Shown piece after piece: positions 21,096 through 30,143 of a stretch of 64,000 nt of DNA. Source of the DNA: an uncultured Candidatus Rokubacteria bacterium (GTDB lineage: Bacteria > Methylomirabilota > Methylomirabilia > Rokubacteriales > DASRDR01); NCBI GenBank assembly GCA_963708025.1, contig CAVPSB010000031.1:288001-352000 (forward strand). Direction: 5' to 3'. The notes under the pieces are model-generated. The model searched no databases. It was not told where the DNA came from and was given only the letters and a program-made list of their open reading frames with translations. Numbering within the stretch: position 1 is the first letter of the stretch; the number at the start of each line of letters is the position of its first letter. The translations under genes and the position numbers were made by a program.

Positions 21096-23423
21096 ATGAA
21101 GCAGGTCGGCACCGATCGAAGCATCGCCGTCCCGACGACGCTCGTGCGGGCCGCGGCGGCCGATCCAGCCACGGCCCACGCCCTCGCCGTGCTCGCGATG
21201 GTCGCGATAGCCGGCGGCGCGGCGCTGTCCTGGGAAGTGGTCTGGCAGCTCCACGCCTCGCTGGCGCTCGGCGCGTCGGCCAAGGCCGCCGCGGTCGTGC
21301 TGGTCGCGACCATGGCCGGGATGACGGTGGGTTCCATGTTGATGGGCAGAGCGCTCCGCGGGCGGTGGGCGGACGCCCCGCTTCGGGTGTACGGCACCCT
21401 CGAGCTGGTCGTCGGGTTGTCGGGGCTGTGCCTGGCCGGCGGCTTCCGCGTGCTCGAGGGGCTCGACGGCGCGCTGTTCCTGGACGCGCCGGGGTCCAGC
21501 ATCGCCGCCCGTCTCGCGGGCATCCTGGTGCTGCTCGGTCCGCCCACGGTCGCCATGGGGGCGAGCATCCCGGTGTTCGGGCTGCTGGCGCGCAGGTCGC
21601 GACGCTCCATCGCGGCCCTGTACGCCGCCAACACGGCGGGGGCGGCGGCCGGGGCGCTGGTGGTGGCGCTGGTGCTCCTTCCCGAACTCGGCGTGGCGCT
21701 GACGACGCGCGCACTCGCCGCGCTCGACATGCTCGTGTGCGCGGTCGCCTGGCTGATTCGCCTGCCCGACCCGCCGCCAGCCGCCACCACCGAGACGACA
21801 CCACCGGAGACCGGGGAACCGGCCGACTCTCGACTCGAGCCGGCCGGGCCGATCGCCCGAGCTCCGGCAATGGCGTGGGCAGTGGTGTTCTGCACCGGCG
21901 TCGTCACCTTCGCCCTGGAGGTGGCGTGGTTCCGCTCGCTCCGCGCGGCGTTCCAGAGCACGACGGACACGTTTGCCATCATGCTGGCGTCGGTCCTGCT
22001 GCCGCTGGCCGCCGGCGCCCGCCTGGCCCCGTGGCTGCGCGCCCGGCGGGTGGAGCTTGGCACGATCCTGGGGGGCGCGGCCATCGCGACACTGCTGGCG
22101 ACGCCGGTAGTGGAACGCTTCGACGTCATCACCGGCATCGAGAGCCGCTACTGGGTGTTCATGGGGACGTGGTTCGCGACCTCGCTCGCCGTGCTGGGTC
22201 CGCCGATCCTGCTCCTGGGGGTGGCGCTGCCCTGGCTCCTGGAGGAGCAGCGGTCTCCCGTCCGCTGGGGACAGCTGTACGCGGTGAACACTCTCGGCGC
22301 CATCGTCGGCTCGGTCGGTGCGGCATGGATGCTGCTCCCGGTGGTCGGGGCGACCGCGACGGCGTGGATCGCCGGCGCGGTGCTGCTGGTCGCGGCCACC
22401 GGCGTCTCGACCGGGCGTGCCCGGCGGGTGGTACTGGTCGCGGGCGTGATCGCGCTGGGGCTGGCGGTGTCCGCCGCGTCCGGTGTGGGGAGGATGCGGG
22501 TGCAGGGAAGGCTGCGGTTCCCTGTGCAACGGGTCCTCGGACACCACGAGACGCCCGATGCCACGGTGGCCGCGGTGGAATACGAGGGCGGCTCGCGGGC
22601 GCTGGTCGTGGACGGCTTCGTCGCCGCGCTGGAGCACTCCAGCGCCCACTACATGGAATGGATGGGGCGGCTGCCGATGATCCTGCATCCGTCGCCACGC
22701 CGCGCCCTCGTCATCGCCTTCGGCACCGGCCAGACCGCCAACGGCGTGCGCGTGGAAGGACCGGCCGCGCTCGACATCGTGGATCTCAACGAGGCCGTGT
22801 TCCGGCTTGCCCCGTTCTTCCCGACGAATCAGGGCGTCCTGCGCGACCCGCGCGTGCACCCGGTGGTGATGGACGGCCGGGCCTGGCTCCGGCGCACCCA
22901 GGAGAGCTACGACGTCGTGACCCTGGAGCCCATGCCGCCCTACTTCGCCGGAGTCAACTCGCTGTACTCCCTGGAGTTCTACCGTCTGGCGGCCGCTCGG
23001 ATGAACCCGGGCGCCGTCATCGCGCAATGGCTCCCGTTCCACCTCCTGCCGCCTCACCATGCGGTCGCGGTGGCGGCGACGTTCCGCGCGGTGTTCCCCG
23101 ACTCGATCGTCTGGATCGACCCGGTCGGGCGGACCGGGATCCTCCTGGGACGGCGCGAGCACGGCACGCCGCCGCTCGGCCTCGAGTGGCCGGGCCTCCA
23201 GCGCCCGGCGCCGGGACGCCTGCAAGCCCAGGTGATCGCGGACGCGGTCGCGCTGGATACCGCCGGGCTGGCCCGGTACGCGGCGCTCGGCAGTCTGGTG
23301 ACCGACGACAACCAGTTGCTCGCCTACGGCCGCGCCCGGCAGCAGATGGCCGACTATGGCACCGGCATGGAACAGTTCAACCTCTTGCTGGTGACCGCGG
23401 CCCGGGAGGGGCGGCTGCCGTGA
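21096..23423 (+). CDS. Fused multi-TM (MFS-like)/spermidine synthase-like protein
   Basis: Repeated LYAANTAGA/LYAVNTLGA TM units; C-terminal ALVIAFGTG, DGRAWL, YDVVTLEP, LYSLEFY, TDDN. Confidence 0.82.
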   Translation: MKQVGTDRSIAVPTTLVRAAAADPATAHALAVLAMVAIAGGAALSWEVVWQLHASLALGASAKAAAVVLVATMAGMTVGSMLMGRALRGRWADAPLRVYGTLELVVGLSGLCLAGGFRVLEGLDGALFLDAPGSSIAARLAGILVLLGPPTVAMGASIPVFGLLARRSRRSIAALYAANTAGAAAGALVVALVLLPELGVALTTRALAALDMLVCAVAWLIRLPDPPPAATTETTPPETGEPADSRLEPAGPIARAPAMAWAVVFCTGVVTFALEVAWFRSLRAAFQSTTDTFAIMLASVLLPLAAGARLAPWLRARRVELGTILGGAAIATLLATPVVERFDVITGIESRYWVFMGTWFATSLAVLGPPILLLGVALPWLLEEQRSPVRWGQLYAVNTLGAIVGSVGAAWMLLPVVGATATAWIAGAVLLVAATGVSTGRARRVVLVAGVIALGLAVSAASGVGRMRVQGRLRFPVQRVLGHHETPDATVAAVEYEGGSRALVVDGFVAALEHSSAHYMEWMGRLPMILHPSPRRALVIAFGTGQTANGVRVEGPAALDIVDLNEAVFRLAPFFPTNQGVLRDPRVHPVVMDGRAWLRRTQESYDVVTLEPMPPYFAGVNSLYSLEFYRLAAARMNPGAVIAQWLPFHLLPPHHAVAVAATFRAVFPDSIVWIDPVGRTGILLGRREHGTPPLGLEWPGLQRPAPGRLQAQVIADAVALDTAGLARYAALGSLVTDDNQLLAYGRARQQMADYGTGMEQFNLLLVTAAREGRLP

Positions 23424-23454
23424 TCGACCCGCGGGGGCCGGACCCGTCGGCGCG

Positions 23455-25392
23455 ATGCGCCGGCACGTGCGCCCGATGAGCGGGGCCCGGGCGTCGATGG
23501 CGGGTCGGCTGGCCGGCCTGGCGGCGCCGCGGACGGGTGCTTGGCCCCGGCTCGTGGCGCCGACGCTGATCCTGGTCGTCGCGGCTGCCTGCCTCCCCGC
23601 CGCCTTCTACGGGATGTTCAGCGGCTTCCGCGACTACGACGACGAGGGCTACCTGCTCATCTCCCTGCGGGACTACGCGCGAGGGGGGGTTCTGTACGAC
23701 CAGGTCTACACGCAGTACGGTCCCGTCTACTATCAGCTGCTGACCGCCGTCTTCGGGCTGCTCGGTCTCGAGTTCACCCATACCGCCGGGCGGGCGTTCG
23801 TCCTGGCCCTGTGGGTCGCGGTGCCCGCCCTCTGTGCCTTCGCCACGTATCGGCTGACGCGCAACCTCGCCGTCACGCTGGCCACGCAGCTCCTGGTGTT
23901 CCTGGCGCTGGTTCCGCTCCGCGACGAGCCGCCGCACCCGGGCGGCCTCCTCACGCTCCTCGTCAGCGCCGTCGTGGTGGCCGGCACCTTTCTGCAGACT
24001 CGGGGCCGGCCGGTGGCGATCGCCCTCATCGGGGCCTTCCTGGGGGCCGCGACCCTGATGAAGGTCAACGTCGGCCTCTTCGGGGTCGCCTCGACCGTCT
24101 TCGTCTTGCTGATGGCGGCCCACCCCGCGCCGGGCCGTCGGCTGTTGAGAGCGGCCGCCGGGGCGGGCCTGCTGCTGACGCCGGCCGTCCTGATGATCGG
24201 CCAGGCGGCGATGCCACTGGTGCGCACCTACCTCGTGGTCGGCGTGCTGTCCGCGCTGGCGGTCGTCCTGGTGGCGTGGACGGTCGCCCCTCGAGCGTTC
24301 GGGTGGAGGGACGTCGCGCTGTGCGGTGCGGCCTTCGTGACGACGCTGGGGGCGTCCTGCGCCTGGGAGCTGGCCCGGGGTACGACACCGGCGGCGCTGG
24401 CTCGGGGAATCCTGCTGGCGCCGCTCGATCAACCCGGCACTCTCCTGCTGTTGCTGCCGATCCCTCCTTCGGCCGTCTGGTGGGCGCTGGCGGCCGTGGC
24501 CTTCGCGGCGCTGCTCGGCGTCGCCCGCCGCCGGGGGCTGATCGCGCAGCCCCTCGTGACCGGCCTTCACGGGATCGGCCAGATCCTGGCGGGGCTCTTC
24601 ATCTGGCTGGTGGCCGACGAGCGGCTGCCCGTCGGGCCACTGGCGCCGTGGGCGCTCCTGTGGCTAGCATTGGCGCCACCTCGAGCGGATGGAGATCAGG
24701 AGCGGGGGGTCGGAACATTCCTGCTGGTCGCCATCGCTCTGCTTCAGGCGCTCCATGCCTATCCGGTCGCGGGCAGCCAGGTGTCCTGGGCGACCTTCCT
24801 CTTCATCCCGGTGGGCGCCGTCCTGATTGCCGATGGCTGGCGGGTGGTGGTCGCCACCGGGGTGACGAGCCGCTGGCGCCTGCTGGTCCCCGCCCTGGCC
24901 ACCGCGACGCTCGCCCTGTCCATGGCCTCCGCGTTCGCGACCGGCCAGCTTCTCCGGTCCGCCTATCGCGAGGGCGTCCCCCTGGGCCTGCCGGGAGCCG
25001 AGACCATCCGGGTCACGCCCCGCCAGGCCGCGCGCTATCGGCTGCTGACGCAGAATCTCGCTCGCTGCACGACGTTCGTCACGTTGCCGGGTCTCAACAG
25101 CCTCTACCTGTTCAGCCAGGTGGAGCCGCCCACGATGATGAACACTACGGCATGGGTCACGCTGCTGAGTCGAGGTCAGCAGCTCGAGATCGTGGAGCGC
25201 GTGTCGCACATGCCCAATCCCGTGTGCGCCGTCCGGATCCGTGACGCGGCGCTGGACCGGTTCGACACTCCGCTGATCCGGTACATCAGAGACGAGTTCG
25301 TTCCCGTCTTCAGCGTGGACGACTACGCGTTCATGGTCGAGCGACGGCCGCACGCGCGACTCGGCGGATCCCATGGGCCTGCGAGCGCCTGA
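23455..25392 (+). CDS. GT-C-like polytopic membrane protein (start approximate)
   Basis: DYDDEGY acidic motif after TM1, YGP, KVNVG, about 14 hydrophobic segments. Confidence 0.7.
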   Translation: MRRHVRPMSGARASMAGRLAGLAAPRTGAWPRLVAPTLILVVAAACLPAAFYGMFSGFRDYDDEGYLLISLRDYARGGVLYDQVYTQYGPVYYQLLTAVFGLLGLEFTHTAGRAFVLALWVAVPALCAFATYRLTRNLAVTLATQLLVFLALVPLRDEPPHPGGLLTLLVSAVVVAGTFLQTRGRPVAIALIGAFLGAATLMKVNVGLFGVASTVFVLLMAAHPAPGRRLLRAAAGAGLLLTPAVLMIGQAAMPLVRTYLVVGVLSALAVVLVAWTVAPRAFGWRDVALCGAAFVTTLGASCAWELARGTTPAALARGILLAPLDQPGTLLLLLPIPPSAVWWALAAVAFAALLGVARRRGLIAQPLVTGLHGIGQILAGLFIWLVADERLPVGPLAPWALLWLALAPPRADGDQERGVGTFLLVAIALLQALHAYPVAGSQVSWATFLFIPVGAVLIADGWRVVVATGVTSRWRLLVPALATATLALSMASAFATGQLLRSAYREGVPLGLPGAETIRVTPRQAARYRLLTQNLARCTTFVTLPGLNSLYLFSQVEPPTMMNTTAWVTLLSRGQQLEIVERVSHMPNPVCAVRIRDAALDRFDTPLIRYIRDEFVPVFSVDDYAFMVERRPHARLGGSHGPASA

Positions 25393-26431
25393 CCGGGGCG
25401 CGGAAGCATCCGGCGGCTCCGACGATCGGGATCGTCGGTCCGTTCCCGGCCCGGACGCGGCCCCCCTCGTCATCCTCATGCCGCTCTACAACGACTGGGC
25501 CGCCCTGCCCATTCTGCTCGAGCGGCTCGACAAGGCGCTGGGCGGCGCGGGTCTCCCCGCCGAGGTCGTGGTGGTCAACGATGGCTCGTCCTCGATTCCG
25601 GATGATCGGGAGTGGCTCGATGCCCGGGGATACGGCCAGATCACGTCGGTGACCACGCTCCATCTCGGTCGAAACGTCGGCCATCAGCGTGCCATCGCGA
25701 TCGGGCTGGCGTACGTGCACGCGCACCGGCCGTGCCGGGCGGTGGTCGTCATGGATGCCGACGGGGAAGACGACCCCGAGGACGTTCCCCGGCTCGTCGC
25801 GGCGTGCGGGGTCGAGCATCCGGCCCTGGTGTTCGCGCACCGGGCGGAACGATCGGAAGGACCGGTTTTCCGGGCCCTGTATCGTCTCTACCGACTCGCC
25901 TATCGGCTGCTCACGGGCTCGACCATCTCGTTCGGCAACTTCAGCGTCGTCCCGACCCGCCTGCTGACCCGCCTCGTTCTGCTGTCGGAGCTCTGGAACC
26001 ACTACCCCTCGGCGGTGGTGAAGGCGCGCCTTCCCTTCGCGACGATCCCCGTCCAGCGCGCCCACCGCCTGGCCGGCCGGTCGCACATGAACCTGGTGTC
26101 GCTCGTCCTGCACGGGCTGGGCGGGATCGCGGTTCACGGCGACGTCATCGGCGTTCGGGCGCTGCTCGGCACGCTGGTCGCGATCGTGGCGTGCGTGATC
26201 GGCATCGCGGTGGTGGTCGCGATCCGGGTCGCCACCACCCTGGCGATTCCCGGCTGGGCCACCTACGTGGTCGGTCTCCTCGTGGCGATCCTCCTGCAAG
26301 CCGTCCTGCTGTCGCTCGTGTTCATCTTCATGATCCTGAACAGCCGGAACTACTCGACGGTCATCCCGCGGCGGGACTATGGCGACTACATCGCGAGCGT
26401 GGTGGAGCGCCGGGTCGAGCGACATGACTGA
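25373..26431 (+). CDS. GT2 glycosyltransferase with C-terminal TMs (second paralog)
   Basis: ILMPLYND, VNDGS, RNVGHQRAI, MDADGED. Confidence 0.88.
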   Translation: MGLRAPDRGAEASGGSDDRDRRSVPGPDAAPLVILMPLYNDWAALPILLERLDKALGGAGLPAEVVVVNDGSSSIPDDREWLDARGYGQITSVTTLHLGRNVGHQRAIAIGLAYVHAHRPCRAVVVMDADGEDDPEDVPRLVAACGVEHPALVFAHRAERSEGPVFRALYRLYRLAYRLLTGSTISFGNFSVVPTRLLTRLVLLSELWNHYPSAVVKARLPFATIPVQRAHRLAGRSHMNLVSLVLHGLGGIAVHGDVIGVRALLGTLVAIVACVIGIAVVVAIRVATTLAIPGWATYVVGLLVAILLQAVLLSLVFIFMILNSRNYSTVIPRRDYGDYIASVVERRVERHD

Positions 26432-26539
26432 AGCCTGTGAAGCCATTCAGTTCCTCCGGCCCCCCTCCGGCGTCCGCTCGGGGAGCCGAATCCGAGCGTC
26501 GCGATCCCGGCGCCGGCCCGTCTGCTAGGGAGGATCCCC

Positions 26540-28012
26540 ATGGTCAGGTGGCGTGGAGCCGCGGTGACGGCCGCGGTCCTAGTGGGGATCGGGGTGGTCA
26601 TGCTGTATCCCATCGACGATCTGGACGTCTGGTGGCTCCTGCGCTCGGGCGCGTACATGCTGGAGACCCGATCGTTCCCGACGGTCAACCCGTTCTCCGG
26701 GCCGGCGCGCGGGGCGCCGTGGGTGAATCACGCGTGGGCCTTCGAGCTGGTGCTCTACGGCGTCTACCGGCTGACCGGCACCACCGGGCTCATCCTTCTC
26801 CAGGCCGCGTTCGCGGTCGCGACGTTCGCCGTGCTCTATGGACTCCTCCGCCGGGAGGGCGCCGCCCGCGGATGGGCGCTGGCCGTCATCGCGGCTGGCG
26901 CCCTCGCCAGCCGGGGCTTCTGGGCGCCGCGGCCGCAGCTCGTGACCTATCTCGGCCTGGCCGTGTTCTGGGCGATCCTGCGCGACTGGCGGGACGGCCG
27001 TAACCGCCGGCTCTGGTGGCTGCCCCTCATCACGGTCGTCTGGGCCAACTTCCACGGCGGGTACATGGTGGGGCCGGTGCTGATCGGGCTCACCCTCGTC
27101 GGCGAGCTGTGGGATCGCGTGTTCGGGGTGCCGGCCGGCGGGGTGACGTCGCCCAGCCGCGAACCGGGGCGACTGGCGGTCGTCCTGGGCGCTTCGCTGC
27201 TGGCGACCGTCCTCACGCCCTTCCACTACCACGCCGTGCTCTTCCCGTTCCAGGTGCTGGGCGACCAGCTCGCCCAGGCCTTCATCATCGAGTGGACCTC
27301 GCCGCCGTTCCAGTACGGGGCGATCCGCCTGGTCGAGGGCCTGGTCCTCCTGACCCTGGGTCTTCTCCTCGCCGGCTCGCGGCGCTGCCCGGCCGCCGAC
27401 GTCGTCGTGCTGGCCGCCTTCCTCCACTTCGGGCTCCAGGCCCTCCGAAACATCCCGCTGCTGATCGTGGTCCTGCTGCCGATCCTGATGCGGGCGCTGA
27501 CCCACGTGCTGACCGACCGGGTCCCGGTGCTGATCGCGGCGAGCGGCCTCCCTCCGCGGCGGCTCGGAGCCGCGCTGGCGGCGGTCGCGCTCGCGTTCGC
27601 GGTCTGGTGGAACTTTCCGTCCCGGGGTGTCCGGGACGTCCTCCCGCGCGTCGGCGTGGCGGACATCTTTCCCGCCGGCGCCGTCGAGTTCCTGCAGCGG
27701 ACCCGTCCGCCGGGGCCGCTGTTCAACGACTACGGCTGGGGCGGGTACCTGATCTGGCGGCTCTATCCGGACTACGCGGTCTCCATCGACGGCCGGATGG
27801 CGGTGCACGGGCCGAAGCGCTTCGCCGACCATCTCGAGGTGACCGAGGTCCGGCCCCGGTGGCGGGAGACGCTCGAGCGGTCGGGCGCTCGGCTCACCCT
27901 CATCCCGGCGCGCTCGCCCCTGGCCATCGTCCTGCGGGCGTCCTCCGACTGGGACGTGCTGTACGAGGACCGGGTGTCGGTCCTGTTCGGCAAGCGGGGA
28001 CCGGCCTCGTGA
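26540..28012 (+). CDS. GT-C-like membrane protein (paralog of 28009)
   Basis: DLDVWWLLRSG..NPFS..PWVNHAW, RPQ, WANFHGG, EW, FNDYGWGGYL, IDGR. Confidence 0.72.
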   Translation: MVRWRGAAVTAAVLVGIGVVMLYPIDDLDVWWLLRSGAYMLETRSFPTVNPFSGPARGAPWVNHAWAFELVLYGVYRLTGTTGLILLQAAFAVATFAVLYGLLRREGAARGWALAVIAAGALASRGFWAPRPQLVTYLGLAVFWAILRDWRDGRNRRLWWLPLITVVWANFHGGYMVGPVLIGLTLVGELWDRVFGVPAGGVTSPSREPGRLAVVLGASLLATVLTPFHYHAVLFPFQVLGDQLAQAFIIEWTSPPFQYGAIRLVEGLVLLTLGLLLAGSRRCPAADVVVLAAFLHFGLQALRNIPLLIVVLLPILMRALTHVLTDRVPVLIAASGLPPRRLGAALAAVALAFAVWWNFPSRGVRDVLPRVGVADIFPAGAVEFLQRTRPPGPLFNDYGWGGYLIWRLYPDYAVSIDGRMAVHGPKRFADHLEVTEVRPRWRETLERSGARLTLIPARSPLAIVLRASSDWDVLYEDRVSVLFGKRGPAS

Positions 28013-29832
28013 CACGGTCCGGCCTCGCGGTCGCCGTCCTGTACGGGCTGACGCTCCTGGCGGTCTTCACCCTCGCCCTGTCATCGCTCACCGAGTTCGA
28101 CTTCTGGTGGTACCTGGCGTCCGGTGAAAGGATCCTGGCGACCCGCTCCGTCCCCGCCACCGATCCGTTCTCCTACACGGCTCAGGGCCGGCCGTGGATC
28201 AACCACATGTGGGCCAGCCAGGTCCTCGTCCTCGAGCTCTGGCAGGCCGGCGGCCGCATCGCGCTGGTCGTCCTCAAGGGATTGATCGTGACGGCGACGT
28301 TCGGGGTGGTCCTCCTCACGATGCGCCGGCGGGGCGTCCATCCGATCCTGGCCTCCCTGGTGACGCTCGTCGCGGCGTGGGCGGGCTGGGAGTTCTGGGA
28401 CGTGCGCCCGCAGATCGTCACCTACCTGCTCCTGGCGGTGTTCCTCTACCTCCTGCGCGAGGGCTGGGAGACGCGCCCCCGCACCCTGGTGTGGCTCCCC
28501 CTGCTCATGGTCCCGTGGGCGAACCTCCACGCCGGCTTCGTCACCGGGATCGCCATCATCGGGCTGGTCGGCGTCGGGACGGCGGTGCCCTCCCTCGCCG
28601 GCCAGGAGCGGCGCCGGGCGGGCTGGCGGGTGCTGGGCCTGGCCACCGGCGTGGGCGCGGTCACCGGGCTGGCGAGCCTCGTCAACCCGTATGGCCTCCG
28701 GGCGGTCCTCTTCCCCCTCGAGGTGGTCAACACCCGGCTGTTCATGTCGTCCACGGCGGAGTGGTTCTCCCCGAACTTCCACAACCCGGTCTACCGGGGA
28801 TTCGAGCTGATGCTGCTGCTGCTCGTCCCGGCGTTCGCCTGGGGCCGCGGCCGCCTCGGCGTCACCGACGCGCTGGTCGGCCTGACTTTCGCGCATCTTG
28901 GCCTGTCCTCGGCTCGTCACGTCCCGCTCTTCGCGGTGGCGGTGGCGCCCCTCCTTGCCGACGGCCTCCAGGGCGCGGTACAGGAGGCATGGTCGCGCCG
29001 GCCCCGGGCGTGGGATCTGGCCGGCCGCCTGCGGCGAGCGCTACCGTCGTTCTGGCCCATCGTGACCTCCGCGCGGACCCCCGTGGCCGTCGTCGCCTTC
29101 GGCCTCCTGGTCGGCGTCGCCGCCGGGTGGATTGGCTTCCTCGATCCCATCGCCAACCCGTTCCTGCAGGACCTGAACGAGCGCCGCTATCCTCAGGACA
29201 CGATAGCCTTCATCAAGGGGGAGGGGCTTCCGGCGCCGCTGTTCAACGCCTACGCCTGGGGCGGCTACGAGCTGTGGCGGCTCTACCCCGAGTACCGGGT
29301 CTTCATGGACGGGCGGACCCACGTCTACGGCCGGGAGGTGCTGCAGGACTTCCTGGAAGTCAGCACCCTGGGCCGGCGCTGGCGCGCCGTCCTCGACAAG
29401 TGGGGGATCCAGACCGTGCTGGCGCAGCGGCCCTCGCAGCTGGCCCAGGTGCTCCTGGCCGTGGGCGGGTGGCGGCTTGTCTTCGTCGAGCGCGAGGCCG
29501 CCGTGTTCGTCCGGGAGAGCGAGGGGAACCAGGCGCTGCTGGAGCGGCTACCGCCGGTGAGCCTGTGGCCGCCGATCCCCGAGGTCGTGACCGCGCTGGT
29601 CGCCGGCCTGTCGGCGGTGGAGGCCGGCGACGACGAGCGCGCCGTCCGCCACTACCGGGAAGCTCTGGCGGTGGCCCCGGACCATCCGGTGGCCCTGATG
29701 AGCCTCGGCATCCTCCAGGAGAAGCGCGGCCGGACGGCCGAAGCGCGGGCGCTGTTCGAGCGGATCGTCGAGCTGTATGGGGAGGGGGAGCTCGTGGACA
29801 AGGCCAAGGGCCGGCTCCGGGGTCTCCCGTGA
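28009..29832 (+). CDS. GT-C-like membrane protein with C-terminal TPR
   Basis: EFDFWWYLASG..DPFS..PWINHMW, RPQ, WANLHAG, FNAYAWGGYE, MDGR; AVRHYREALAVAPDHP TPR; GTGA overlap. Confidence 0.72.
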   Translation: MTRSGLAVAVLYGLTLLAVFTLALSSLTEFDFWWYLASGERILATRSVPATDPFSYTAQGRPWINHMWASQVLVLELWQAGGRIALVVLKGLIVTATFGVVLLTMRRRGVHPILASLVTLVAAWAGWEFWDVRPQIVTYLLLAVFLYLLREGWETRPRTLVWLPLLMVPWANLHAGFVTGIAIIGLVGVGTAVPSLAGQERRRAGWRVLGLATGVGAVTGLASLVNPYGLRAVLFPLEVVNTRLFMSSTAEWFSPNFHNPVYRGFELMLLLLVPAFAWGRGRLGVTDALVGLTFAHLGLSSARHVPLFAVAVAPLLADGLQGAVQEAWSRRPRAWDLAGRLRRALPSFWPIVTSARTPVAVVAFGLLVGVAAGWIGFLDPIANPFLQDLNERRYPQDTIAFIKGEGLPAPLFNAYAWGGYELWRLYPEYRVFMDGRTHVYGREVLQDFLEVSTLGRRWRAVLDKWGIQTVLAQRPSQLAQVLLAVGGWRLVFVEREAAVFVRESEGNQALLERLPPVSLWPPIPEVVTALVAGLSAVEAGDDERAVRHYREALAVAPDHPVALMSLGILQEKRGRTAEARALFERIVELYGEGELVDKAKGRLRGLP

Positions 29833-29866
29833 GCGGCCCGGGCCGGGGCCCGTCGCCCCGGGTCGT

Positions 29867-30073
29867 CCGTTCATCCCGGCCGGGCCGCGGACGTCCCGGC
29901 CTCCGGGGTCGTCGGCAGGCCTCCCAGAAGGGAGCGACGTCCCGAGGGCCGCAGGCCCGAGGCGTCGCGACCAGATGGACGTATGCGGCATGCGTCTCGG
30001 CCCACCTCACCGTCCATCCCGGCCGGGCCGCGCTCGGCCTCCGGCCTTGCGGCCGTCCCGGCCTCGGGGCGTC
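29867..30073. repeat. Imperfect intergenic direct repeat (two copies)
   Basis: CATCCCGGCCGGGCCGCG...CGTCCCGGCCTC(C)GGGG at about 29872-29908 and 30015-30069; the second copy has an inserted GGCCTCCGGCC hairpin. Confidence 0.55.
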
Positions 30074-30143
30074 CTACCGGGGCTCGGGCCGCGGCCCGGT
30101 ACACTTCCATGCAGGTTGCCATGTCTGACCCGAGGATAGACCC

